Shown here one piece after another: positions 13,849 through 24,141 of a stretch of 64,000 bases of DNA. Numbering within the stretch: position 1 is the stretch's first letter; each line of letters starts with the position of its first letter. Made by a program: the position numbers and the translations under genes. The notes under the pieces were generated by a model. It was not told where the DNA came from. It worked only from the letters and a program-made list of their open reading frames with translations, and made no database searches. This stretch comes from Yuukianura sp. NJ FZ-2021 (lineage: Eukaryota). The DNA is taken from the NCBI GenBank assembly GCA_046563655.1, contig CM102286.1, forward strand, positions 2,356,001-2,420,000, given 5' to 3'.

Positions 13849-14408
13849 TGTGAAGATCAGAGGTCAAAGGTCAGCACTGCCAGTTAGTTGGACTTGGAAA
13901 AATCGATTAAAAGCCAGTGTCAGTTCCAACTTTAATTTAAGACCAGCTGACGGCTGAAGGAATGTTTAACGACACTTATTGTAGCCACAAAGTGGAGCCA
14001 CGTTGCGGATACACGTAATGACCACCTTTTGTGTCAATCTATGTTGCCATATTATAATATCTTACATTAAATGAACGTGGCTGCATTAGTTGCCACCCAT
14101 ACAAAGCCATTTACTCTGTTTAAAAAAAAGAAAAGAGGTGGATACACTGCATGACTACAACAATAACCTTTAAAGCTTACTCCAACCCACCTCGCAATAT
14201 GAATTACCATAGGGGCTGACTAAAAGTCGGATTCGTTAGATCCGTTTTGGTTTGGTGCGAAAATTATGGCGTCTTTTGCTACTTTCTTTAAAAGTCTACA
14301 GTCGATTTACTGAAATAATTTTTTTTCCCGAAAAGTGGAATAAAATTGAAATGACCATCAAAATATTACCAAAACTGCAAAATTTCATGTTTTTTTTTTT
14401 GGATACGT
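13482..14408. repeat. ~930-bp direct segmental duplication, copy 1 (copy 2 at 20291-21220)
   Basis: Collinear from TTGYGAGAGGCTGTGGCC to TTTTGGATACGT. Covers the Rogdi 5' exons and upstream region. Confidence 0.93.
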
Positions 14409-15144
14409 TGTACTCATTGTGTTTGTGTCTTTCGTTTGCATGAGCCTGTTAATGAACAATCAAAGTGCAAAAAACAGTGTTTTGAAACTTTCACTATTTT
14501 TGTCTTTGATCTAACGCGGATGCGGATGTGGAGTTGATTACAAAAATGACTGTAATTTTGTTGTGACTTCCGATTTGTTGTGGTTCACATCCACAATGCA
14601 GGAAAGTGTAAAAAGCAAATTTTTGGCACACTTTTGTGGTTGGGCGTGAGATACTGTTTGAAGGCAAGTCAAAAACAGGTTTTCGTCAATTTTTGGGGTA
14701 ATATGCTCCTTGAATTTTGAAGAAACAATTTACCAACTTTATATTTAATTATATGTAATAAATTATACGTAATCTTTATTGTCACTACAAACCGTGTGGA
14801 GAAGTTAAACAAAAACCTTGGAATGCTTTGAAAAGGGACAAATTTTGTGAGTATTTTGGAATATTTTGAAAGTACTAAATTCGATAGTGTTTTGAATGTC
14901 GTTGTGACTATTTAACAATACGACTCCTAGCAAAAATCAGTTGGATTTACAAAATTGGAAAAAAACATTATTACAATTTATAGATTTGTTACAAAAAAGC
15001 CTAGTTGAATAAATTATGAACGTAATTAGAGTTAGTTAAGTTTAGATGAGGAGATATCACTCCGTACGCTTATGCTGAGATAGCTTTATCCCGGGATAAG
15101 CTCTTATCCTAATGCATAGTTGTTGCCATTTGGTGTGGAGTAGT

Positions 15145-18100
15145 TCAGTATTCTGGTGGGAGACTGACGATACACTGCTTCTGTTCGAGGCATTTCCTGT
15201 TGACCAAGTCCAAGAGGACAGGAAGGGCTTCAGGGGGCACACGGAAGTTATCCTTTGTGCAACTGAAGGCGTCTGCTGCAACAATCCCCAAGTAGCAAGA
15301 TATTTCCCACAAAGCCAGGTACAGCCCAATCACAGCAATCCGACGGTTACCATTCGCCATGTTCCGCCACATCCTATCCACACCCTCACTACAACCAGAA
15401 AAACAGTTACATCAACACAACTTACAGCAACACAAGTTAAATCAACAGAGTACTTACAGTGTAGTTGGCCGAACTTCCTTGGAGTCTGCGTTCCACATAC
15501 AGATTGCGAGACTACGCGATCTCTCGCAAACCATAATTTCACCCTGTTTACAAAAATCCACATTGGAACAACGTTTTTGAAATTGACATTGTTATAGAGA
15601 GAGAAGTTTTGTTGTAAAAACTAACATGGTAGTTGAGGGGATCCAAGAATTTATGAAAAACTGTGCGCATCTTCTGAATGTAACCAAGAACACTATCGCG
15701 AGACTGTTGGGCATAATTCGCCAACTTCTGTTCCAAGTCCTTCAAAAATTGAATTCAAATTACAACAAATCCTACACACTTTCTATTCTACTCAATTTAA
15801 AAATTACTTTTCTCTCATTCGCCAACTGATTCAGTTCTGTCGTGCATTTCCGATGATTCGTCCACTCCTCTTCAATCACTTGCCTGATTTTCTCAGAATC
15901 CACAGGACGCCAGCCCAACCGAGATTGGAACCACTCCCATCGCTGTTTCAAAAAACAAAATTTCCAAAATTCTATGCAAAATTTCTATTTCAAAAATTAC
16001 CTCTCGTTGGAGCTTCTCCTTCCCATCCAGAATTTCGAGCAGAAACTGAGTTTCATTCATAGCATGCATTTCCGATTCTTCCACAGCAGCTTCGAACAGT
16101 ACATACCTTGGCAATAATACAGATATAATAATTATATAATATAATAATAAATTACACTTTCCAACATTTTTTAAAATTCATAAAGTCATTGGAAGTGACA
16201 ATTTCTTTTTTCAAGTTGCCATTACCACAAGTGTGTGTTATCCATGAAGTACTTGACATTTTCTTCGTCGAGAAGCATAAGGCGCAGTCTTTCCGGTGAC
16301 AGTTTAAGCTGTCGGAGGAATTTGGTTAACTCCCTTCCGGTGAACATCTTGGGACGAACCTGTTGGAACTGAGGACGAGGATCGGCAGAAGTGATGGTAA
16401 TCACGTTGGCCAGTAGTGGGTTTCTGCGTTCGATTCTTCTGGAAAACTTGATTTGGGATCCAAAGTCTTTCTGGAGCTGAGGAAAGGCACGGAGAGAGAC
16501 AGTCAGCTCAACGGAACCAAAGTCCTGTCCATCACTAATGGCATCTAAACACATATCATTATTGAAATAAACAATTAGTTATATTATAATAACACAAATG
16601 AGTTGTACTATGGAGGTTGCGTCCACAGATGCTGGTAGTTTCGTCACGGTGGTCCAGCACAAGATCATAGCCCAGTCCCAGCATCACGGCCAAAATGTAC
16701 GAACTCTTCCCCTCCTCCGAGTTCCCCTTCAACTTCAGAATTCCATGAGTAGACACATCCGCCACCGTGGGCTCTTGGTTCTTCGCCATGATGTTCGTAA
16801 TTCGGATGTTCGAAATGAAAAACTGACCAGACTGAACATCAAAATCAGAATATCCAAATAAAAACTTTAAAATTTCCTTAAAAAAAAAGAATTTTGAAAC
16901 ATTTTCCAATAAAGTCCTTACCCCTCCGCGCGATTCGTGAACAGATAAAGTTGACACTGTTGAAGCAGAAGAAGGAGATGGAGATGGTGAGGCCGGCGAG
17001 CGTGAAGTTTCTAAAAAGAACACAATATTTAACAACAAATCAAATAAAATGAATAAATTAAACTACAATGTGTTTTTTTTAATGCTGAACTGACCTCCCC
17101 GGAATGGGATTAGTTGTCCATTGGTAGTTTCGTTGACTTGTTGATGTTGAACGGTGTGTGCCAACTTGTGGTTATTGAGTTCCTGGATGGAACCAGCTGA
17201 GTAAGTGCATTGGTTGCATCCATACTTGGACTTGACTTCGTGTCCCTGTCGGTGGGTTACTAGAAATGCGTACTTGGTAGTGGCATAAGGGCAATGCCAG
17301 CACTTGAACGAAGTCTCCACGGGAAGGGGCTCTCCACTTGTCGTCACTGTCATGTAAGTGAACTTCGGATTTCCAGAAATCAACTTCTCGTAATCTTCCG
17401 GAGTCAGAGTTTCCGGAGGGGCTCCGTTCGTGCCATAATCTATAAGTTACAATTTCACAATTTTAGTCTTAAGTTAAAAGTGAAAAAGTGAAAAAGTTGA
17501 GAACTTACTTGATGATGCGGTAGCGGGACTGGTGTTTCCGAAACTGGGAGAGGAAGGAAGTGATGCATTGTTGACAGAGTTGACATGAGCATCCATGTGG
17601 TTCCGCATGTAGTCATCTCGGTTGGATGCATAGTCACAGTAGGTGCAGTTGAACTTCAATCCAGTCTTCCCATGTTGTTCCAGGTGGATCTTCAAGTTGA
17701 ATGCAGTAGAAAGTATGGAGGGACACTTTGGACATTGGAAATGAGCGTTAGTCCGAGTGCCCACCACTTTTGGGGGGCGTCTTCCTGGTCCACTTCCTCT
17801 GCACTTCCGCCTCGTCCTAGCTCCCACCGTCACTGGATCATCAACCTCAACGGCAGTTTCGTTGATTTGGGCATGTTGAGTGGTATGAGCCACTTGGTTG
17901 TTGTTGAGGTCTGGTGGGTCTGGAATTGCCCCGCTCGTGTCTTGACCTGTAAGGGACAATTTTTTGGGTGAATTGCAATTACCCGGACGAAGTTGAAAAG
18001 TGGAGGAGGAGGAGGAGGGTATATGAAATGCACTTTTCAAATCTGTCCGGATAACTGCAATTCACCCTATTTTTTTTAGTTTTACCGCGTTTTTTTTAAG

Positions 18101-18948
18101 TTAAAAGTTGAATTTACCTGATAATGCTGGACTGGCATTTCTGGGAGGAGTTTGGACGGAAGTGGATGGCCGAGAACAAACAACTTTTGGGGAACGTGTA
18201 GGCCCACCTCCACTGCCATGCCGCTTCCGCTTAGCTCCTGGAATCTCCGCTGCATTTTCACTTCCTAAGTACATAAAGCATTCAGGTTAAAGTTGACATG
18301 TGGTTAAGGGTGAGAAAGTTCCCTTTCGTTTTTTCAAAATTTTGGCTGGTCTTTTTAATTTTTTTAAAAATTCTTCGTATGTTTGTGAGTTCAGAACCGT
18401 CGAGTTTACGTCTTTATCACGTTTTGTTTACAAGTTATGAATTTTCAAAAACTTTCAAAATTTCAAAGAATAATTCAAAATTTTTGAAAATTCATAACTT
18501 GAGAACGAAAAGTGATAGAAAGGTAACCTCGACGGTTCTGAACTCGCAAAAGGATGTAGAATTTTCTAGACAATTAAAAAGACTACCCAAAATTTTGAAA
18601 CAAAAATTCGAATTTTTTTTTTGAAAAATTTGAAAATTCATAACTTTGGAACGGAAAGTGGTACAGGGCTCATCTTTCACGTAAGTACATTTACACATAT
18701 GAAAAATTGTTAAAAACTTTAAAAGGGCCGAAAAAAAAAATTCCAACGCAGCAATGTTTTCGGAATTTTTTCAAAATTTTGGGTGGTCTTCGTCTTAGGT
18801 ATTTCGAAAAATTTTTTTTTCAAAACTTTGAAAATTCATTTAATGACTCTTTTGCAGGAAAATTGTATGTTTTCTTACCTCTATCTACCTTCCGCAGACG
18901 TCCACAAAAGCGACATCCCCGGCTTCCTCCACAACTGCAATCGCTGCT
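15145..18948 (-). CDS. Four C2H2 zinc fingers fused to a hinge-less SMC6-like (SMC5/6 family) ATPase head; start exon not located
   Basis: Twelve phase-consistent GT-AG exons: 18948-18879, 18264-18118, 17946-17509, 17439-17095, 17010-16922, 16831-16609, 16544-16226, 16106-16001, 15942-15808, 15739-15626, 15543-15458, 15388-15145. They total 2316 nt = 771 aa plus stop, with no internal stop seen. Four CX2CX12HX3H fingers; Walker A GNSEEGKSS followed by YILAVMLGLG; NLHNAISDGQDFGSVELTV; C-lobe RNMANGNRRIAVIGLYLALWEI...IVAADAF...KQCIVSLP. Confidence 0.82.
18387..18545. repeat. Intronic inverted repeat (foldback or MITE remnant)
   Basis: Perfect 18-bp arms GAGTTCAGAACCGTCGAG (18387-404) and CTCGACGGTTCTGAACTC (18528-545), with weaker internal symmetry, inside the 614-bp intron of the ZnF-SMC gene. 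Confidence 0.7.
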
Positions 18949-20290
18949 CTTTAAAACAAAAATAAAATAAGTTTAGTCTTTAGTTTCACGATTATTAGTC
19001 TCCAATGAAATCGAAGGGTCTCCACTTTGTTTTCGAATTCCCAGATTCAGAATTTTCTGGCGCTAAAAAATGGGACACCCCAAGGTTGCTATAGGAAGAG
19101 AATGTCTTTAACAGGTTAGGCAATACCTCCCGTTTTTCAAAAATCTCGCGACGAACTTTTTTTTTCACTCAAGTTTCACCCAGACTTTTTTAAATAGTGC
19201 AAATTTTATTGCTGAACAATTAAATTTGAGTTCACAGTCACCTGCCAAAGGCAGACTTGTTTTGTGCAAAAATTTAAAGGTTTGTATCAAACTGAACGTT
19301 CAAAATGAATGAGAAAATTCGTTTTCCAAAAATTGTCCAGGAAACGAGACTTGCTGTGATTGTCTGTTCATTTTTGAATGGGAATGGCACAAAGTCCATA
19401 AGAAAGTGTCCTTGGTGGTATTCGAACGAAAGTTTTAACAATTGTTGGGGTCAATACTGGGATCATATTTGCAAATTTTCAGCCCCCCAGAAACGATAGG
19501 TCAACGGAGACTTGAAGTCAAAGGTCAACATATCATCCTATGACAACCCCATGCACACAGCATATCGCTAGAACGGGCTTGACCTCGTGATTCAGAAAAT
19601 ATATATGTGTCAATATTTATGACGTAAGAGAACGAAGTTGTGGTGCCTTGAGTTGCTAAACAAAAAAGGTTCAATGGGAAGCTCTTGGGTTTGTTACACT
19701 TTGACCTTTTTTGCATTGCACTTTTTTGGGCTTTATTTCAGTGAAAAATTACCAACTGCAATTTTTCACTTTATTGAATGCCAAGTCTGTTCTATTCTAT
19801 CATCCTTCCTGGTGGAAACCACGAAGCAACAACAATGGAAAACAAGCGCGAAAATGGAATGGAATGCAACGCGAATGGAACAGGAATACCACGAAGTATG
19901 GATTCAGCGTAACTAGACTGCCTAACCTCTTGTTCACGAACATTAGGAAACCTCCAGTATGATATTCGGCTCATCTAGTTACTACAAGGCGTCTTCCCAT
20001 CATCGTACAATGGAAGAGCAAGTAATCAAAGCCCGGGAAATTCTTTTAAAAAAAAGTTCTAACCTCCCATTGAAAGTTCGTAGTGGAATCTGAACTTTCG
20101 CTCATTGTTGTCTTCACTTTAGCGATTTTTGAAGTTTGTCTCTCGTTGCACTAGAGCTGTCACTTTAAAAACTTGTACTTCCGATATGCTGTCCAGTAGA
20201 GTAGGTTGTTGGTGTTCTGGAGCAGATTATCTTTGGTAAGTGTGGTAATGCTGGTTAAAGTGGGAACAGTTCTCAAGTAGTTGTAAGAAA

Positions 20291-20662
20291 TTGTGAGAGG
20301 CTGTGGCCTACACGAACTTGTCCAGTTTGAGAGGAGTCAGCAGTCCGCCTACTGGCATCGGAAAATGACGAGCACACTCCTACGTCAAACACAATGTATA
20401 TGTTAGTGTTAGGTAACTCTGTCACTTAAATGGCAAAGGTCAAAAGGTCACACTTTAGTTTATGAATTACCTCCACTACTAGGCTCAGACCACTGAGGGA
20501 TAACGGAACTTGGTGTTGTCGGATCCAGTCAAATTCTTGCTGCTGTAAAATCATGTAAAACATTCATTTTTAACAGTTGGCTAGCATAAACTAGTTAAAA
20601 CGTTGGTTAAACGATAAGAGACTTACCAATGCCAATCGTTCCCACTTCTCCCGATCCGTCAC
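20291..20662 (-). pseudogene. ROGDI: Second, 3'-truncated Rogdi copy
   Basis: Same first two exons and start of the third as 13482-13848. The start codon is changed from ATG to GTG (20662-60) and homology ends at 20291. Confidence 0.85.
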
Positions 20663-21025
20663 TGTGAAGATCAGAGGTCAAAGGTCAGCACTGCCAGTTA
20701 GTTGGACTTGGAAAAATCGATTAAAAGCCAGTGTCAGTTCCAACCTTAATTTAAGAGCAGCTGACGGCTGAAGGAATGTTTAACACCACGTATTGTAGCC
20801 ACAAAGTGGAACCACGTCGCGGATACAAGTAATGACCACCTTTTGTGTCAATCTATGCTGCCATATTATAATATCTTACATTAAATGAACGTGGCTGCAT
20901 TAGTTGCCACCCATACAAAGCCATTTACTCTGTTTAAAAAAAAGAAAAGAGGTGGATACACTGCATGACTACAACAATAACGTTTAAAGCTTACTCCAAC
21001 CCACCTCGCAATATGAATTACCATA

Positions 21026-22161
21026 GGGGCTGACTAAAAGTCGGATTCGTTAGATCCGTTTTGGTTTGGTGCGAAAATTATGGCGTCTTTTGCTACTTTC
21101 TTTAAAAGTCTACAGTCGATTTACTGAAATAATTTTTTTTCCCGAAAAGTGGAATAAAATTGAAATGACCATCAAAATATTACCAAAACTGCAAAATTTC
21201 ATGTTTTTTTTTGGATACGTCCAGCATTAGGTTAGGTATTGAATTATTTCAGTATTGAAGTAAGTAAGTAAGTAAGTAAGGAAGTGAGTAAGTTCAACCT
21301 TACTAGGGTAAGGTTGAACCTAACATAAGGATACAATTAGTTAATCCATGGCGTACGTCAACACTTTTCAAAAAACACAATGGTGCTACTAATCCAAAGA
21401 ATTGGCTGAACATGACTTCAAGTAACACACTAATCCTAATCTTTGCGATATTAGCGTCGCGCGCGAGAAACTTCTAATCTGTTCATTTGATAGCTAAATT
21501 TTAAACAAGTAATTATACCGATTTAGTCGATAATTAGCGAAATTCGGGTGCTTCTCAACGTCACACGTTAAGAAGCTGATTTCAAAAATGAGTTGTTCCA
21601 CTGGGAACTCAAGCTTCCTTGACAACCAAATCGTCTTAAGAGGTTACGTACTACCTCCGTTGTTGTTTACCAAAAAAATAAAAATAACAAAAAACTGAGT
21701 ACCATTGGTACCAATTTTAAAAAAATAAAATTTTGGTACCACTATCCTATGTAAAATGCGCAAAAATTGTTTATAATGTCATGGTTACAACACCCAGAAA
21801 TGCAACTGAACTTTTTTCAAAATTTAGAAAAAACATGTTGTAGTACGTAACCTTGTATTCACAAACCTTGCTGGGAACTAATGTTCTTGATACTGAGCGT
21901 GATTTTTGTAACTCCTCAGCATTTCGCATGTTCGCAGCCAATAGTTCGCAGCGGTTCGCAGCGGAATAGTAGGGTGAACTTCAGACACCAGAAGAAAGGG
22001 GTAGTTTTTTCATCCAGTGACTTCCTAGCATTTCCCAGTGGTGGACTCGAACAAGGAGGTTACGGTTTTTGTCGTTCCCTGTTATTTCCCACGCTCCTGG
22101 ACAATGTTACGTCACTTTAGACAGTAACTTCGATAGCACTTCAGACTTTTAGTCAGGGCCC
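21026..22161. mobile_element. Candidate non-autonomous TIR element
   Basis: Left end GGGGCTGACTAAAAGTCGGA against right end TCAGACTTTTAGTCAGGGCCC (imperfect inverted). Contains (GTAA)n and a 12-bp-stem hairpin at 21292-21319. No exact TSD. A solo left end also occurs at ~14212. Confidence 0.45.
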
Positions 22162-22899
22162 ATTGGATCTCACCTAGACCTAACACTCATTTTCTAACTA
22201 TAAAAACAAGGTCTGACTATTCCGCTGATACTTTTTTCCTCGTTCAATTCAATGAAAAAAACAATGGTCAGGGGAATAGGCAGACCCGATTTTTAAAGTT
22301 AGCAACTGAGTCTTGGTACTACTTCTTATCGACATATCAACGATATTTGGCTCAAAGTGTCGATTTTTTCACTGGCGAAAACACAACTGAAGAAAATCTT
22401 AACGGTTCGTCTTCAGAAATTCCGTTAGTTGGTTCGTCTTCCGGAAGTGGATGACAGTTGCCCTCCGCAAAAGAAATCATTTGTGATGCTCAAGTAAGAT
22501 TTAAACTTTAGGTTTTGCAGTGTTATTTTTTGAATAATTGTTTATTTTTCTATCTGGAAAAGTTTTGGAATCGGGGCTTGACCCAGATTTTACGAATTTC
22601 TACATCTAATCAAATCTAACCTAAACGTTACCGAATGTAACTTTGCTAAATTGAAGCAAAAACCGAATTTCGGAAAAAATTATCATGTGTCTTTATGGAG
22701 AAATTTCAATTTTCAAAATTTCCAGAAAAAATACTTCCGTTCATTTCCGGAAAATTTTTTTTTCATAATCGGTTTCAGCTCCCTCGAATTAGTCTAGAAA
22801 AAAATATGGCACCAAAATCTGCGTAGCCCGATTCCGAAGATTTACCTTCTATTTTTGATTACTGTATATAACCGAAAGATTGCTGTATTTTATCCAGGT

Positions 22900-23489
22900 T
22901 CATCCACTTTGGTTTCCTTGATCGTCATCTGCAGGATCTCTAATGGTATCATCGTCACTATGCTCATCAAGGAAGTTCTCGACATTCCGAGCGTACCGTT
23001 GCGCCTCCTTCCTGACCTTGCGTAGTTTCTTGTTTTTAAGTTTCAGGTCAGCCTCTAAATCTCTATTCATTAATTAAGAGAAAAATTATTTAATTTTGTA
23101 GTACTTTTGCCAGAAAAAAAAACAAAGAAGAACAACCTATCGTAAAGTTTTTTTAAATTTTGGGCATTAAGTTTTTGACACTTACGCAATTCTTTGCTGG
23201 TAAGCCGCATTTTGCCGTTGTAAATCAGCAGATCTTGCGGCTTCCGCACGGGCCGTCGTGAGTTGTTGCTGAAGACGCCGATTTTCGTCTACTAACTCGC
23301 GTTTCTGCCGCACCACCCTAATAATTCATTTTATTTCTCACTTTTTATTCTCATTAATTATATTTTTGGATCATTCGAATTTTTAGAATGATGACCTTAC
23401 CGCAAGACTAAAGCCGTGTCCTCATCAGTATCAGATGGTCGCTGATGGTTGGCTCTTGGTTGGCTCGTTGATGGTATGTTGCCATCCAT
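22900..23489 (-). CDS. Small three-exon coiled-coil protein (127 aa), family unknown
   Basis: Exons 23489-23401, 23317-23186 and 23062-22900 (both introns phase 2, GT-AG) give [10 protein letters not shown]...[67 protein letters not shown]...DDDQGNQSG*. It is not in the ORF track because each exon is under 60 codons. Confidence 0.65.
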
Positions 23490-23550
23490 CTTAGTTTTTG
23501 CAACGCTGAAACAGTCAATGAAAAGCATTAAAATAATTAGGATTCAAGTC

Positions 23551-24085
23551 ACCGCTCGCCTCATTCCTTTCTACAAGCACGAATCATGTGGTCAATGCAC
23601 ACCGTGTCGAGCAGGCGTTGGCTGGATGAATAAAATTATGCTAAGATTCGGTATGAATATAATCCTTTTTTCATGTTGCATAATCAAAGTTTTTTAAAAG
23701 CATTCCATCTAAATCTAAAAATCTGTGTTTTTCTTTTTTCAGTGCAAGGTCAAGGAAAGGCTGAAGAAATCGACATGCTGTGGGAATTGAGCAAGCAGAT
23801 CGAGGGACACACAATCTATGCTCTGGGTGACGGAGCTGCTTGGCCAGTTCAGGTTAGTTATCTATCAGCACTACCGTAAAACCTTTGATAAACGCCCGGG
23901 AGTTTATTAAAATGTTCGACTCTGAATTCTTGCTTTTGTTCTGCGTTTATCAGAAGCTTTACCGTGTTTTGATGTCTCCCCTCGGAACATACATAATCTG
24001 TTTTGCATTCCAGGGATTGATTCCTGATTTTCAACCTGTCATCCTGGAGAGAATGAAGAGTTACGAAGAAAAAGAGGCAAAGTAG
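23551..24085 (+). pseudogene. NDUFV1: NADH dehydrogenase 51-kDa flavoprotein, C-terminal exons
   Basis: [19 protein letters not shown]...|...[37 protein letters not shown]...*. The Fe-S ligand Cys of HTICALG is Tyr here. Confidence 0.92.
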
Positions 24086-24141
24086 CTGCAAAATCGTGAA
24101 TGAACTGACTCCAGGGAACCATTCAGTTCTAAGAAATCCAA

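Noticed and set aside
16222..16224. Stop codon ending the SMC N-lobe ORF (NTHLW*)
   Set aside because: The TAA lies within a donor site (TG|GTAAT). Splicing to 16106 continues the frame into the neck and C-lobe.
19638..20290. Short ORFs between the ZnF-SMC gene and the second Rogdi copy
   Set aside because: No recognisable family and no consistent splice model; they could not be tied to the missing first exon.
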